This document shows, piece after piece, positions 48,185 to 57,527 of a DNA stretch of 64,000 nucleotides (within the stretch, counting starts at the first letter, position 1; each line of letters starts with the position of its first letter). The DNA comes from an uncultured Acidobacteriota bacterium (GTDB lineage: Bacteria > Acidobacteriota > Thermoanaerobaculia > Multivoradales > UBA5704). The DNA lies in the NCBI GenBank assembly GCA_963700145.1, contig OY969474.1, forward strand, positions 320,001-384,000, read 5' to 3'. Made by a program: the position numbers and the translations under genes. The notes beneath the pieces were generated by a model that was not told where the DNA came from, searched no databases, and saw only the letters and a program-made list of their open reading frames with translations.

Positions 48185-49960
48185 CTATTCCTCCGGCACC
48201 TCCTCCTCGAAGATCCCCCACTCGACCAGCGGATCGCCGATGACGTGGATACCGTCGAAGCCGCCGTTCGTGGTGTCGACCCGGCCGCTCAGGTTGATCG
48301 CGGCGCCGAAGAGGACCAACGGGTCCTCGTAGGTGAACGAGGTGGCGCCGAAGCGGAGCCCCGCGAACGGCTGGCCCGCGGCGTTGGTCCGGTTCACGCC
48401 CGGATGGTCGAAGAAGCGGAACCAGTAGGGCCCGGCGTTGGCGGCGCCGTCGTTGAGCCAGGTCGTATAGCCCGGCCAGTAGAACGTCGGATCGGCGCGG
48501 ACCAGCGGCGAGACCTTGCGCACGAAGCTCTGGGCGGCGACGGTTACCGCGAAGCCCGGACCCGGCTCGAGGCCGTTGGCGCCGGTCAGCTCCTCGCCCC
48601 AGGTCTTCTTGGGCGCGGACGGCGCCGTGGCGTGCTCGCCCCCCTGGCGCATGGTCCAGCCGACCAGGCCGGAGATGCAGGAGGTGATGCGCATCGAGCC
48701 GGCGAACACCCCCGCCGCCGGGTAGTTGGGCGAGGCGGGCAGACCGGGACCGATGCGCGCCATGAACCCGCGCGGGAAGCTGGCGAAGCTGTCGGAGCCG
48801 AGCGCTGCGCCGTTGCGGTCGAAGTAGCGGACAGTGACCGGTCCGACGTTGGAGGTGGTCGGATTGAGCAGCCCCACCATGGTCTCGACCCCCGGATCCA
48901 GGACCTCGAAGGTCAGCTCCGGATTGATCAGCTTCGGCGAGTGGGTGTTGGCGAGCATCGCCGAGCCCATGCGGAAGCGCTCGCCCACGGCGAGCCCGGT
49001 GCCGCGGAAGAGGTCGACCATGAGCGCCTCGCCGATGATCGGCTGGTTGGCGGTCACGACGAGGCGGAAGTCTTCGTCGAACGCCCCCGGTGGGCTCAGG
49101 TAGGCGGGGATCAGCGCGTTCCAGAGCGTCTGGTCGAGCAGCGAGCCGAACGCCGGCAGGGTCACCGTGAACGGCCCGAAGAGGATGCCGCTGGGGATCG
49201 AGGTGTAGCGCAGGGTCAAGGTGGTCGGCGACGGGTTGGGGTTGGCGATCGCGACGAGCGGCGCGTTGCCGGTCAGGAAGTCGAGCGGCGCGGTGTTCGA
49301 CGCCGGCAGCGGCCCGAACCAGAGGGTGGTCTTGCCCGCCTGGACCATCTGGAGCTGCTGCAGCGAGTTGAGGCCGAGGTTCGCGAACTCGGGGTCGGTG
49401 AGGAACGGCCCGCCGAAGCTCGAGAGGTCGACCGAGTTGGCGTGGTGGACGGTCTCGCCGACGATCGGCAGGTTGTGTCCGATGACCCGAGCCGCGCCGA
49501 GGCCCGGCGTCGCGCCCCCGGTGAGCGCCGTCGCGGGCACCACGCGGGTGGCCTCCGGCCCGAGGGTGAAGAAGGGCGCGGCGAGCAGGTTACCCACCTG
49601 GTCGTAGAACTCGACCGTGACGCCGGTCGACAGGGTGGGGTTGGGATTGGTCACCACCACCGCGCTCTGGAAGCTCGCAAGCTCGGACGGGGAGGGCGGG
49701 AACCAGAACAGCCCGGCGGCGAACTTCTCGGCGGCCAGCCGTCCCTGCAGGTTGGTCCCCGAGTGCACGAAGAAGTAGTCGGGCTGGCTCCCGAAGTCGT
49801 CCGGTGGCCGGGCGGTGACGCCGCTGGGTATGGGCTGCGGCTGGGCGAGGCAGAACTGGGGCGCGGGCTGGGCCTGGATCGCCCAGGCATCCGCGGCGAG
49901 CGCCAGGGCGGCGGCGAGCGCGAGCGCGGTGCGGTTGAGGATTCGCCACGTTGAATGCAT
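48185..49960 (-). CDS. Secreted hypothetical protein with ~4 internal beta-rich repeats
   Basis: Signal peptide (…ALAADAWA) and repeats of xxNP...V(T/R)xxYD..G. Confidence 0.75.
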   Translation of the reverse strand: MHSTWRILNRTALALAAALALAADAWAIQAQPAPQFCLAQPQPIPSGVTARPPDDFGSQPDYFFVHSGTNLQGRLAAEKFAAGLFWFPPSPSELASFQSAVVVTNPNPTLSTGVTVEFYDQVGNLLAAPFFTLGPEATRVVPATALTGGATPGLGAARVIGHNLPIVGETVHHANSVDLSSFGGPFLTDPEFANLGLNSLQQLQMVQAGKTTLWFGPLPASNTAPLDFLTGNAPLVAIANPNPSPTTLTLRYTSIPSGILFGPFTVTLPAFGSLLDQTLWNALIPAYLSPPGAFDEDFRLVVTANQPIIGEALMVDLFRGTGLAVGERFRMGSAMLANTHSPKLINPELTFEVLDPGVETMVGLLNPTTSNVGPVTVRYFDRNGAALGSDSFASFPRGFMARIGPGLPASPNYPAAGVFAGSMRITSCISGLVGWTMRQGGEHATAPSAPKKTWGEELTGANGLEPGPGFAVTVAAQSFVRKVSPLVRADPTFYWPGYTTWLNDGAANAGPYWFRFFDHPGVNRTNAAGQPFAGLRFGATSFTYEDPLVLFGAAINLSGRVDTTNGGFDGIHVIGDPLVEWGIFEEEVPEE

Positions 49961-50067
49961 GTCCTCTCTCCTTTGTCGGACGGCGGCGGCGCCCGCCGAC
50001 GGGCGCTGCCCTATCCAGCAAAAGCGAGAAAGGGAACGGAAGATGACGACGCAGAGGCGGCCCGACG

Positions 50068-52251
50068 CTACTCCCGCAGCAGCCGCAGCCCGTTGGCGAT
50101 CACCAGGAGGCTCGCGCCCATGTCGGCGGCGATGGCGGCCCAGAGGGAGGCGAAGCCGGCGAAGGTGAGGACGACGAAGATTGCCTTGACCAGGAGCGAG
50201 AAGGCGACGTTCTGGCGGATCACGGCGAGGGTGCGGCGGGAGTGGCTGACGAGCCAGGGGAGCTTGCCGAGGTCGTCGCTCATCAGCGCCACGTCGGCGG
50301 TCTCGATCGCCGCGTCGCTGCCGGCGGCGCCCATCGCCACGCTGAGCGTCGCGCGCGCCATCGCCGGCGCGTCGTTGACCCCGTCGCCGACCATCGCCAC
50401 TTGGCCGTAGCGCGCCACCAGCTCCTCGATCGCCGCCACCTTCTCGCCGGGCAGGAGGTCGGCCTGCACTTCGTCGATCCCGGCCGCGCGGGCGATCGCC
50501 GCCGCCGTGCCGGGGTTGTCGCCGGTGAGCATGACGATCGGGCGCACGCCGAGCTTGTGCAGCGCGGCGATCGCCGCGGCGGCTTCGGCGCGCACCGGGT
50601 CGGCGACCGCCAGCAGACCGCAGACGTGGCCGCCGGTGCCGACCGCCACCGCCGTCCGCCCGGCCGCCGACATCCCTTCCAGCAGGCTGTGCACCTCCGG
50701 CGTCTCCTGGCCGCGCTGCTCGAGATACCGGTGCGAGCCGAGCCAGTACTCCCGGCCGTCGAGGCGCCCGACGGCGCCGCGGCCGGGGAGCACCTGGAGG
50801 TCCTCGGCGGCGCGCACCGCGACGCCGCGCTCGTGGGCGTGGGCGAGGACGGCGTGCGCCACCGGGTGGACGCTGCGCGCCTCCAGCGCCGCGGCGCGCG
50901 ACAGGAGCCCGGCCTCGTCGTGGTCGGCGAGCGGGATGACTTCGACGACCGCCGGCCGGCCGCGCGTGAGGGTGCCGGTCTTGTCGAGCGCCACGGCGCG
51001 CAGGCGCCCCGGGATCTCCAGGTAGAGCCCGCCCTTGACCAGCACGCCGTGGTGCGCCGCCGAGGCGAGCGCGGCGACGATCGAGACCGGCGTCGAGATG
51101 ACCAGCGCGCAGGGGCAGGCGATGACCAGCAGGACGAGCGCGCGGTAGAACCACTCCCCCCAGGCGCCGCCGGCCAGGAGCGGCGGCAGCAGGAAGACGA
51201 GGAGCGCCGCCGCCATGACCGCCGGCGTGTAGACGCGGGCGAAGCGGTCCACCCAGCGCTCGGAGGGCGCGCGCCGCTCCTGGGCTTCTTCGACCATCCG
51301 CACCAGGCGGGCGAGGGTCGTCTCCTCGGCCGGGCGCGTGGACTCGACGAGGAGCGCGCCGTCGCCGTTGATGCTGCCGGCGAAGACCTCGTCGCCGGGG
51401 CCCTTCGCCACCGGCACGCTCTCGCCGGTGATCGGCGCCTGGTCGAGCTCGCTGGCGCCGGACTCGATCCGGCCGTCGAGCGGCACGCGCTCGCCGGGGC
51501 GCACCAGGAAGCGGGCGCCGACCGCCACCTCGGCCGCGGCGACCTCCTCCTCGGCGCCGCCCTCGGTGAGCACGCGCGCCCGCCGCGGCGCCAGGTGCAC
51601 CAGCGCCGCCACCGCCCGCCGCGCGCGGCCGACGCTCCAGGCTTCGAGGACCAGCGAGAGCGCGAAGAGGAAGGTGACCATCGCCGCCTCCAGCCACTCG
51701 CCGAGGGCCAGCGCCCCCAAGACGGCGATGCCCATCAGCAGGTTCATGTCCGGGCGCAGGCGGCGGAGCGCCGCCCAGGCGCGCGGCAGCACGAACCAGC
51801 CGCCGGTCAAGATGGCGATGGAGTAGAGGGCGCGCGCCGCGGCGGGGACGTGGTGGGCGTGGGCGTGCGCGAGGCCCATTCCCTCGGAGCCGAAGGCGGC
51901 GGCGACGCCTTCGGCGGCGGCGTGGACAGCGAAGCCGGCGAGGGTGGCGAGACCGCTCGCGGCGACCAGGAGCGCCCGCCCGCGCCGGCGCCAGAGGCCC
52001 TCGGCCGGCGCGGCGCGGCCGTCCTCCCAGGCCTCGCCGGCGAGCCCGGCCCGCGCCACCGCGCGCAGCACGTCGCGGTCCGGCACCTGGTCGGCCGCGG
52101 CGGCGACGATCATCCGCCCCTTGAGGAGGTCGAAGCCCAGGAGCTCCTCGCCCCCCACCACCGGCCCCACCTCGCGCTTGAGCGCCACAACCTCCTGCGC
52201 GCAGTCCAGCCCGCGGATCTTGAACTGACGTCGGGCGGCGGTGGCCGGCAT
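50068..52251 (-). CDS. zntA: Heavy-metal (Zn/Cd/Pb) P1B-type ATPase
   Basis: HMA domain GLDCAQE, HAHAHH loop, TGES, CPC, DKTGT, HP and GDGVNDAP. Confidence 0.92.
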   Translation of the reverse strand: MPATAARRQFKIRGLDCAQEVVALKREVGPVVGGEELLGFDLLKGRMIVAAAADQVPDRDVLRAVARAGLAGEAWEDGRAAPAEGLWRRRGRALLVAASGLATLAGFAVHAAAEGVAAAFGSEGMGLAHAHAHHVPAAARALYSIAILTGGWFVLPRAWAALRRLRPDMNLLMGIAVLGALALGEWLEAAMVTFLFALSLVLEAWSVGRARRAVAALVHLAPRRARVLTEGGAEEEVAAAEVAVGARFLVRPGERVPLDGRIESGASELDQAPITGESVPVAKGPGDEVFAGSINGDGALLVESTRPAEETTLARLVRMVEEAQERRAPSERWVDRFARVYTPAVMAAALLVFLLPPLLAGGAWGEWFYRALVLLVIACPCALVISTPVSIVAALASAAHHGVLVKGGLYLEIPGRLRAVALDKTGTLTRGRPAVVEVIPLADHDEAGLLSRAAALEARSVHPVAHAVLAHAHERGVAVRAAEDLQVLPGRGAVGRLDGREYWLGSHRYLEQRGQETPEVHSLLEGMSAAGRTAVAVGTGGHVCGLLAVADPVRAEAAAAIAALHKLGVRPIVMLTGDNPGTAAAIARAAGIDEVQADLLPGEKVAAIEELVARYGQVAMVGDGVNDAPAMARATLSVAMGAAGSDAAIETADVALMSDDLGKLPWLVSHSRRTLAVIRQNVAFSLLVKAIFVVLTFAGFASLWAAIAADMGASLLVIANGLRLLRE

Positions 52252-52294
52252 CGACCCAGGATGCCGGCCGAGGGGAGGCGGCGTCAAGCCGGGG

Positions 52295-53647
52295 TCAGAG
52301 CTCGATCCGCTCGGCGTGGAAGAGCGCGCCGTCGCGCACCTTGATCGTCTGGGTGGTGAAGAAGCGGCTCTCGGCGGTGAGGGCGTCGACGAGAGTCGTG
52401 CGCGGCACCTCGGTGGAGCGGAGGGGGTCGCCGTGCTTGCCCTTCATCGTGGAGACCATGGTCCGCAGCCGGCCGCGCTTGGTCTCGGCGCCCCGGCGGC
52501 TGAAGGCGTTCCACAGCGAGCGGGGGGTGGCGTTGAGGCTGCCGTGGTGCCCGACCTTGTAGAAGGTGACGTCGGCGAGACGCTCGCGCAGGTCCTCTTG
52601 GTCGAGGGCGAACTGCCAGTTCTCGATCTGCGCGTCGCCCGGGAAGAGGAGCTTCTGCCGGCCGACCTCGAACAGCAGGATGACGCTGGTGTTGTTCATC
52701 GCCTTGTCGAGCACGCGCACGATCTCGCGGAGCTGCTCGCCGCGAATCGCGCGCAGGCGCGGCAGGAGCCAGCGGCTCCGCCTCGGCCGTTCGTGCCCGA
52801 CGAGCACCGGCGCGCCGGGGAACAGCCGCTCCGTGGTCGGGCTCGCCGCCCTCCGGCTGGCCATGGCCTGGAACTGCCAGAACTCGCTCTCGTCGCGCTG
52901 CCGCTGCTTGCTGATCGTCTTGGTCTGCTTGAGGTTCGGCGGGCCGAGCACGCTGACCTTCACCCCGGGCAGCAGGCGCTCGAGCCCCGACTTACTGCCG
53001 GCGTTGACGTAGACGTGCCGCCGGCCCATGGTCATCAGGTTGCGGACGGCCGAGAGGTTGGGGAGGTTGTTCTCGCCCATGAACTGGAGCCGCTTGAAGA
53101 GCGGCCGGCGTCGGCGCGCCGACGCCGGCGTCGCCGCGGCCTCGTCAGCCTCTTCGTCATCGCCCTCGACGTCGTCGCCGCCTTCGACGAGCTCCTCGAG
53201 ACGCGGCACCTCCTGGAGGAGCGACCGGGCGACGGAGTGCATGTTGTGGAGCGCGGCGGTGAACGCCTTGCGGCTGCCGCTCGAAGCGGTCGTCGCCTCC
53301 TCGGCGTCGGGCTGCGCGTCGGGGTCCTCGGTCCAGGGCTGGATGACGACGTCGGGGTCGCAGGCGGCGATGATGCCGCCCGAGTTCGGGCCGTCGGTGG
53401 AAAAGCCGCTGATGTGGTCCTTGTGCCGGTGCGTCGCCACGACCGCGTGGAGCTTGCCGCCGCACTCGTCCCGGATGCTCTCGGCCACCGCAGCCATGTC
53501 GCCGAACCCCTGCGGCGCGCCGGTCGAGCCGAAGTCGATGAGGATGTGGCGGTCCTTCTCCCCGCCGTAGTGGAAGGTCACCAGGAAGCAGTCGCCGAAG
53601 CCGACCTGGTAGGCGCGGATCGTCACGGCGGAAGGGGAGTCGGCCAT
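52295..53647 (-). CDS. MBL-fold metallo-hydrolase (ComEC/Rec2-like)
   Basis: VGFGDCF, IDFGS, THRHKDHISGF, NNTS, FPGDAQ and KVGHHGS. Confidence 0.88.
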   Translation of the reverse strand: MADSPSAVTIRAYQVGFGDCFLVTFHYGGEKDRHILIDFGSTGAPQGFGDMAAVAESIRDECGGKLHAVVATHRHKDHISGFSTDGPNSGGIIAACDPDVVIQPWTEDPDAQPDAEEATTASSGSRKAFTAALHNMHSVARSLLQEVPRLEELVEGGDDVEGDDEEADEAAATPASARRRRPLFKRLQFMGENNLPNLSAVRNLMTMGRRHVYVNAGSKSGLERLLPGVKVSVLGPPNLKQTKTISKQRQRDESEFWQFQAMASRRAASPTTERLFPGAPVLVGHERPRRSRWLLPRLRAIRGEQLREIVRVLDKAMNNTSVILLFEVGRQKLLFPGDAQIENWQFALDQEDLRERLADVTFYKVGHHGSLNATPRSLWNAFSRRGAETKRGRLRTMVSTMKGKHGDPLRSTEVPRTTLVDALTAESRFFTTQTIKVRDGALFHAERIEL

Positions 53648-55356
53648 CACCACTCCTCGCGGTGGCGCACCGCGAAGCCGGTGGCGCGCTCGCGGTGCAG
53701 GGCCGAGAGACGCCGGAAGGCCGAGGCGCCGCGCTTGAAGGAACCGGACCTCCAGAGGTAGTCGAGGCGCTCGCTCTGGCGCTTGCCGTTGAGCACGTTG
53801 TTGTGGACGTAGAACTTGAGCTGGCCGTACTCGTCGAAGACGAGGGCGCCGCCGCCGTACATCTTGACCTCCAGCGCGTCGGGCATGTCCTCGGGCTTGG
53901 CGATGCCGTAGTCCGCCAGCTCGCGGGCGCGCACTTCGAGCACCTGGTAGAACTCGGCCACCGTCTCGTGCAGCGCGAAGCCGTCGGGACCGATGCGCAG
54001 GCAGGGACGGAGCGAGAGCACGCGCGTGTAGGCCTCGTCGCACAGCTTGAGCGTCTTGCGGTTCTCCCAGATGAAGCGGAAGACCTCGTCCTCGTCGCGG
54101 CGCATGGCCTCGAAGTGCGTGCGGTCGTAGCGGATCGGGCCCGCCGGCGGCTCCCAGACGCCCTGGCCGCCCGCGTCGGAGGCCGGCTCGATGCCGTAGG
54201 CGCGGAAGCTCGCGAGCAGCGTCCTGCGCAGCTCGAAGCGCGAGTCGTCGGGGCGGACCTCGGTGTCGGCGGTCAGCAGTGCGCTCAGGTAGTCGCCGAA
54301 CTGGATGTCCACGGCGGGAGCGTAGTCGAGGGCGCGGATCGAGCTCGTCAGCAGCGTGCCGGCGATGTCCGCCCCCTGCTCGATGACCAGGCCGCGATCG
54401 ACGCCGCCCCCGCGCTGCTCGCCGAGCCGCTTGATCCGGCCCGCCCAGATCTCGAGGAAGCCGTTCATCACCGCCGCGACCAGGATCTCGCCGCGCCGGT
54501 GCGGCTCGATGAACTCCTCGAAGCGCCCAGCGGAGGCGTAGTAGTCCGGCGAGGGAGTGAGCTCCACGGAGCGGCGGAGGGCGTCGCCGCGGACCAGGCC
54601 CAGCTCACGCCCCATCTCCTCGGCCAACCCGAAGAGGATGGACCTGCGCAGCTTCTCGGCGGTCACCGCCTTGGGGTTGATCCGGTCCTGCTTCCCGGCC
54701 GCCGGCGAGCGGTCGATGACGAACGATGCGACGCCCGGCAGCGAGAAGACCGAGAGGAGGGCGACGATGTCGGCGAAGCCCTCGTGGAAGGCGGACTGAT
54801 CGGGCGAGGAGGGATCGTTGTAGCGCTCGCGCAGGCCGTCGAGGAGGGCATGGGTGGCCTCGTGCACGACCACGTCGTGGGAGAGGCAGGTAAAGACCAT
54901 CCCCGCGTGACCCGGGAAGTAGCCGAAGAGCAGGGCGTTGTCGTCGCGCGAATAGAAAGCGTTGGCGTCGGCGAAGGTGTGCGGGACGATGTTGAGCTGG
55001 TGGCTCTGGAAGCCCCAGCTCACCCGCCGGCCGAGCGCGAACTCGAAGCGCGCCAAAGCGCGCATGACGAGAGCGTAGACGTTCTGGCAGTGGAAGTTGG
55101 GGTCGCCGAGCAGCTCTTCGTCGGACTTCGCGGCGTACGGGTCCTCATCGGCGGGGATCGGCTGCGGCCGGTAGTAGGTATCGGTCGAGACATCGTAGTC
55201 GACCACCTGCACGCGGTATCCCCACGGCCCCGGCCGCAGCTCCTCGGCCGGCACCTCGACCTGGCTGCGCAGGATCCCTGCGGCGGTCTTCAGCCCAGGG
55301 TCCTGGGCGATTACCGTCAGCTTGCGCGTCCGGGGGATGGGGGGACGCTGCTTCAT
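53647..55356 (-). CDS. Cytoplasmic gluzincin (M4/M36-like) metallopeptidase
   Basis: ANAFY, FTCLSHDVVVHEATHALLDG, AFHEGFAD and EPHRRG. No signal peptide. TGATG coupling to the MBL gene. Confidence 0.85.
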   Translation of the reverse strand: MKQRPPIPRTRKLTVIAQDPGLKTAAGILRSQVEVPAEELRPGPWGYRVQVVDYDVSTDTYYRPQPIPADEDPYAAKSDEELLGDPNFHCQNVYALVMRALARFEFALGRRVSWGFQSHQLNIVPHTFADANAFYSRDDNALLFGYFPGHAGMVFTCLSHDVVVHEATHALLDGLRERYNDPSSPDQSAFHEGFADIVALLSVFSLPGVASFVIDRSPAAGKQDRINPKAVTAEKLRRSILFGLAEEMGRELGLVRGDALRRSVELTPSPDYYASAGRFEEFIEPHRRGEILVAAVMNGFLEIWAGRIKRLGEQRGGGVDRGLVIEQGADIAGTLLTSSIRALDYAPAVDIQFGDYLSALLTADTEVRPDDSRFELRRTLLASFRAYGIEPASDAGGQGVWEPPAGPIRYDRTHFEAMRRDEDEVFRFIWENRKTLKLCDEAYTRVLSLRPCLRIGPDGFALHETVAEFYQVLEVRARELADYGIAKPEDMPDALEVKMYGGGALVFDEYGQLKFYVHNNVLNGKRQSERLDYLWRSGSFKRGASAFRRLSALHRERATGFAVRHREEW

Positions 55357-55404
55357 GGCACCAATTGGCTAGGAGGAATTCTACTCCTTCTCTTGCCTGC
55401 CGGC

Positions 55405-56559
55405 TCAGGCGCTGTCCAGGCCGAAGATCGGTCCCACGAAGGGGCCGGCGAGGAAGCTCTCGGGGTCGATCTGGCTCTGCAGGACGGGGCCGGCGTGGCG
55501 GCCGGTCAGGAGGAGGCGGGCGGACTCGGCGAGGCCGGCGGCGGTGGTGGCCTGGATGGCGCGCAGGGTGCGGTGGCCGCAGCGGAAGGGTGGGACGCGC
55601 CGCCAGCGCTCGCGGCGGTGGAGGATGCCCTGCGCGTCGCGCCCCTGCACCGCGGCGTAGACCACCACGAAGTCCTCCTCCTCGACGCGCGGCACGGTGC
55701 GCACCAGCTCGGCGTGCAGGTGCTCGACGCGGTCGGCGCCGGCGGGCGTGGCGTCGAGGATGGCGTCCACCCAGGCGTAGTGCCCGGGCCAGCGCAGGGT
55801 CTTGTAGTCGAGGTGGCGGACCTGCCCGGCGAGCGCCTCCGGCAGGTCGGCGGCGCCGCCGGAGGTCAGGTCCTCCTCGTAGACCACGCCGCCGATCACC
55901 ACCGTCGCCCGCTCCGAGAGCGACGGCAGCATCGTGCGCTCGCCGTCGCGCACCGCGATGGCGTCCTTGACGTACTCGGTCGCCACGCCGTGCGAGCTCC
56001 AGGTGAAGGCGTAGTAGTGCGGCGGCCGGGCGTTGGCGGTCAAGGCGCCGACGCGCATCGTCAGCGCGTCGGCGCGCTCGACGCCGTGCTCCCGGCAGAA
56101 GCGGCGGAAGAGGCCGTTGCCGAGGACGTTGACGACCCCCGGCGCGAGGCCGGTCTGGAGGAGGAAGCCGCAGGGCGCACCGGCGGCGATCTCGCGCCGG
56201 ATGGCGTCGGTGGCGGCGACGTGCTCGGTCAGGTTGGCGTAGTGCAGGTCGTGGCGGCGGGCGAGGCGGGCCATGCGCACCGCCTCGTCGCCCGGCAGGC
56301 AGTCGAGGAGGATCTCGGCGGCCGCGAGCGCTTGCTCCAGCTCCGGGCCGGTGCCGGTCGGCGGCAGGTCGAACGGGACGACGGCGCCCGGGCGGGACGA
56401 GCCCTCGAGGATCCAAGCCGCGGCCTCCTCGGCGCGCTCCTCAGAGGCGTCGCCGAGCCAGAGATCGCAGGGCGCGTCCCCCATCTCGCGCAGCAGGAGC
56501 CCCACCGCGCTCCCCATCCCGCCGGCCCCCGCGATCACGATCCTCCTCGGCGCGCTCAT
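55405..56559 (-). CDS. Saccharopine dehydrogenase family oxidoreductase
   Basis: GAGGMG, QTGLAPG, VGAL, FTWS..G..TEY, TSGG and YKTLRWPGH. Confidence 0.9.
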   Translation of the reverse strand: MSAPRRIVIAGAGGMGSAVGLLLREMGDAPCDLWLGDASEERAEEAAAWILEGSSRPGAVVPFDLPPTGTGPELEQALAAAEILLDCLPGDEAVRMARLARRHDLHYANLTEHVAATDAIRREIAAGAPCGFLLQTGLAPGVVNVLGNGLFRRFCREHGVERADALTMRVGALTANARPPHYYAFTWSSHGVATEYVKDAIAVRDGERTMLPSLSERATVVIGGVVYEEDLTSGGAADLPEALAGQVRHLDYKTLRWPGHYAWVDAILDATPAGADRVEHLHAELVRTVPRVEEEDFVVVYAAVQGRDAQGILHRRERWRRVPPFRCGHRTLRAIQATTAAGLAESARLLLTGRHAGPVLQSQIDPESFLAGPFVGPIFGLDSA

Positions 56560-56605
56560 GGCGGCGCGGTTTGTACCACGGGCGTGATAGAACGAAAAAC
56601 TAGTG

Positions 56606-57436
56606 ATGGCTCTCGAGATCTACCAGGTGGACGCCTTCGCCGAGCGGCCGTTCACCGGCAACCCGGCGGCGGTCGTGCCGCTCGCGGCACCGCGCGACGC
56701 CGGCTGGATGCAGGCGGTGGCGGCGGAGATGAACCTCGCCGAGACCGCCTTCCTGGTGCCGCGCGGCGGCGGGCCGGCGGGCGCCGCGGACGGCTGGGAC
56801 CTGCGCTGGTTCACGCCGGAGGTCGAGATGGAGCTGTGCGGCCACGCCACGCTTGCCTCGGCGCACGTGCTCTGGGAGAGCGGCCGGCTGCCGGCGGGGG
56901 AGACCGCCCGCTTCCACACCCTGTCGGGGCTCCTCACCGCGGAGCGGCAGGGCGAGCTGATCGAGCTCGACTTTCCGGCGCTGCCGCCGGCCGTGGAGCC
57001 GCATCCGCCGGCGGAGCTGCCGGCCGTCCTCGGCGGCGCCGCGACGCTGTGGGTGGGACGCCAGGCCGAAGACCTCGTCGTCGAGCTGGCGGACGAGGCG
57101 GCGGTGCGCACCCTCGCCCCCGACCTCGTGGGCCTGGTGCGGCTGGCGCGCGGCCTCGTCGCCACCGCCCGCGCCTCGACGCCGCCTTTCGATTTCGTCT
57201 CCCGCTACTTCGCGCCCGGCTTCGGCATCCCCGAGGACCCGGTGACCGGCCGCGCCCACTGCATCGTCGGTCCTTTCTGGGCCGAGCGCCTGGGCCGCGA
57301 CGAGCTCCTCGCCTACCAGGCTTCGCGCCGCGGCGGCGCCGTGCGCGTGCGCGTCGTCGGCGACCGCGTCCGTCTCGGCGGCCGCGCCGTGACCGTCCTG
57401 CGCGGCGAGCTCACCGCCGCCGCCGGCGGCGACTGA
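56606..57436 (+). CDS. PhzF-family isomerase
   Basis: QVDAF...GNPAAV, EMNLAETAF, LRWFTP.VE..LCGHATLA and EDPVTG. Confidence 0.93.
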   Translation: MALEIYQVDAFAERPFTGNPAAVVPLAAPRDAGWMQAVAAEMNLAETAFLVPRGGGPAGAADGWDLRWFTPEVEMELCGHATLASAHVLWESGRLPAGETARFHTLSGLLTAERQGELIELDFPALPPAVEPHPPAELPAVLGGAATLWVGRQAEDLVVELADEAAVRTLAPDLVGLVRLARGLVATARASTPPFDFVSRYFAPGFGIPEDPVTGRAHCIVGPFWAERLGRDELLAYQASRRGGAVRVRVVGDRVRLGGRAVTVLRGELTAAAGGD

Positions 57437-57527
57437 CCGCGGGGCCGCCGCCCACCAGCTGTAGTAGACTGGCGGCCCACGGTCCGAGCGCAATCACCCC
57501 ATCGAAACTGCGGAGGTTTCAAGGCGT

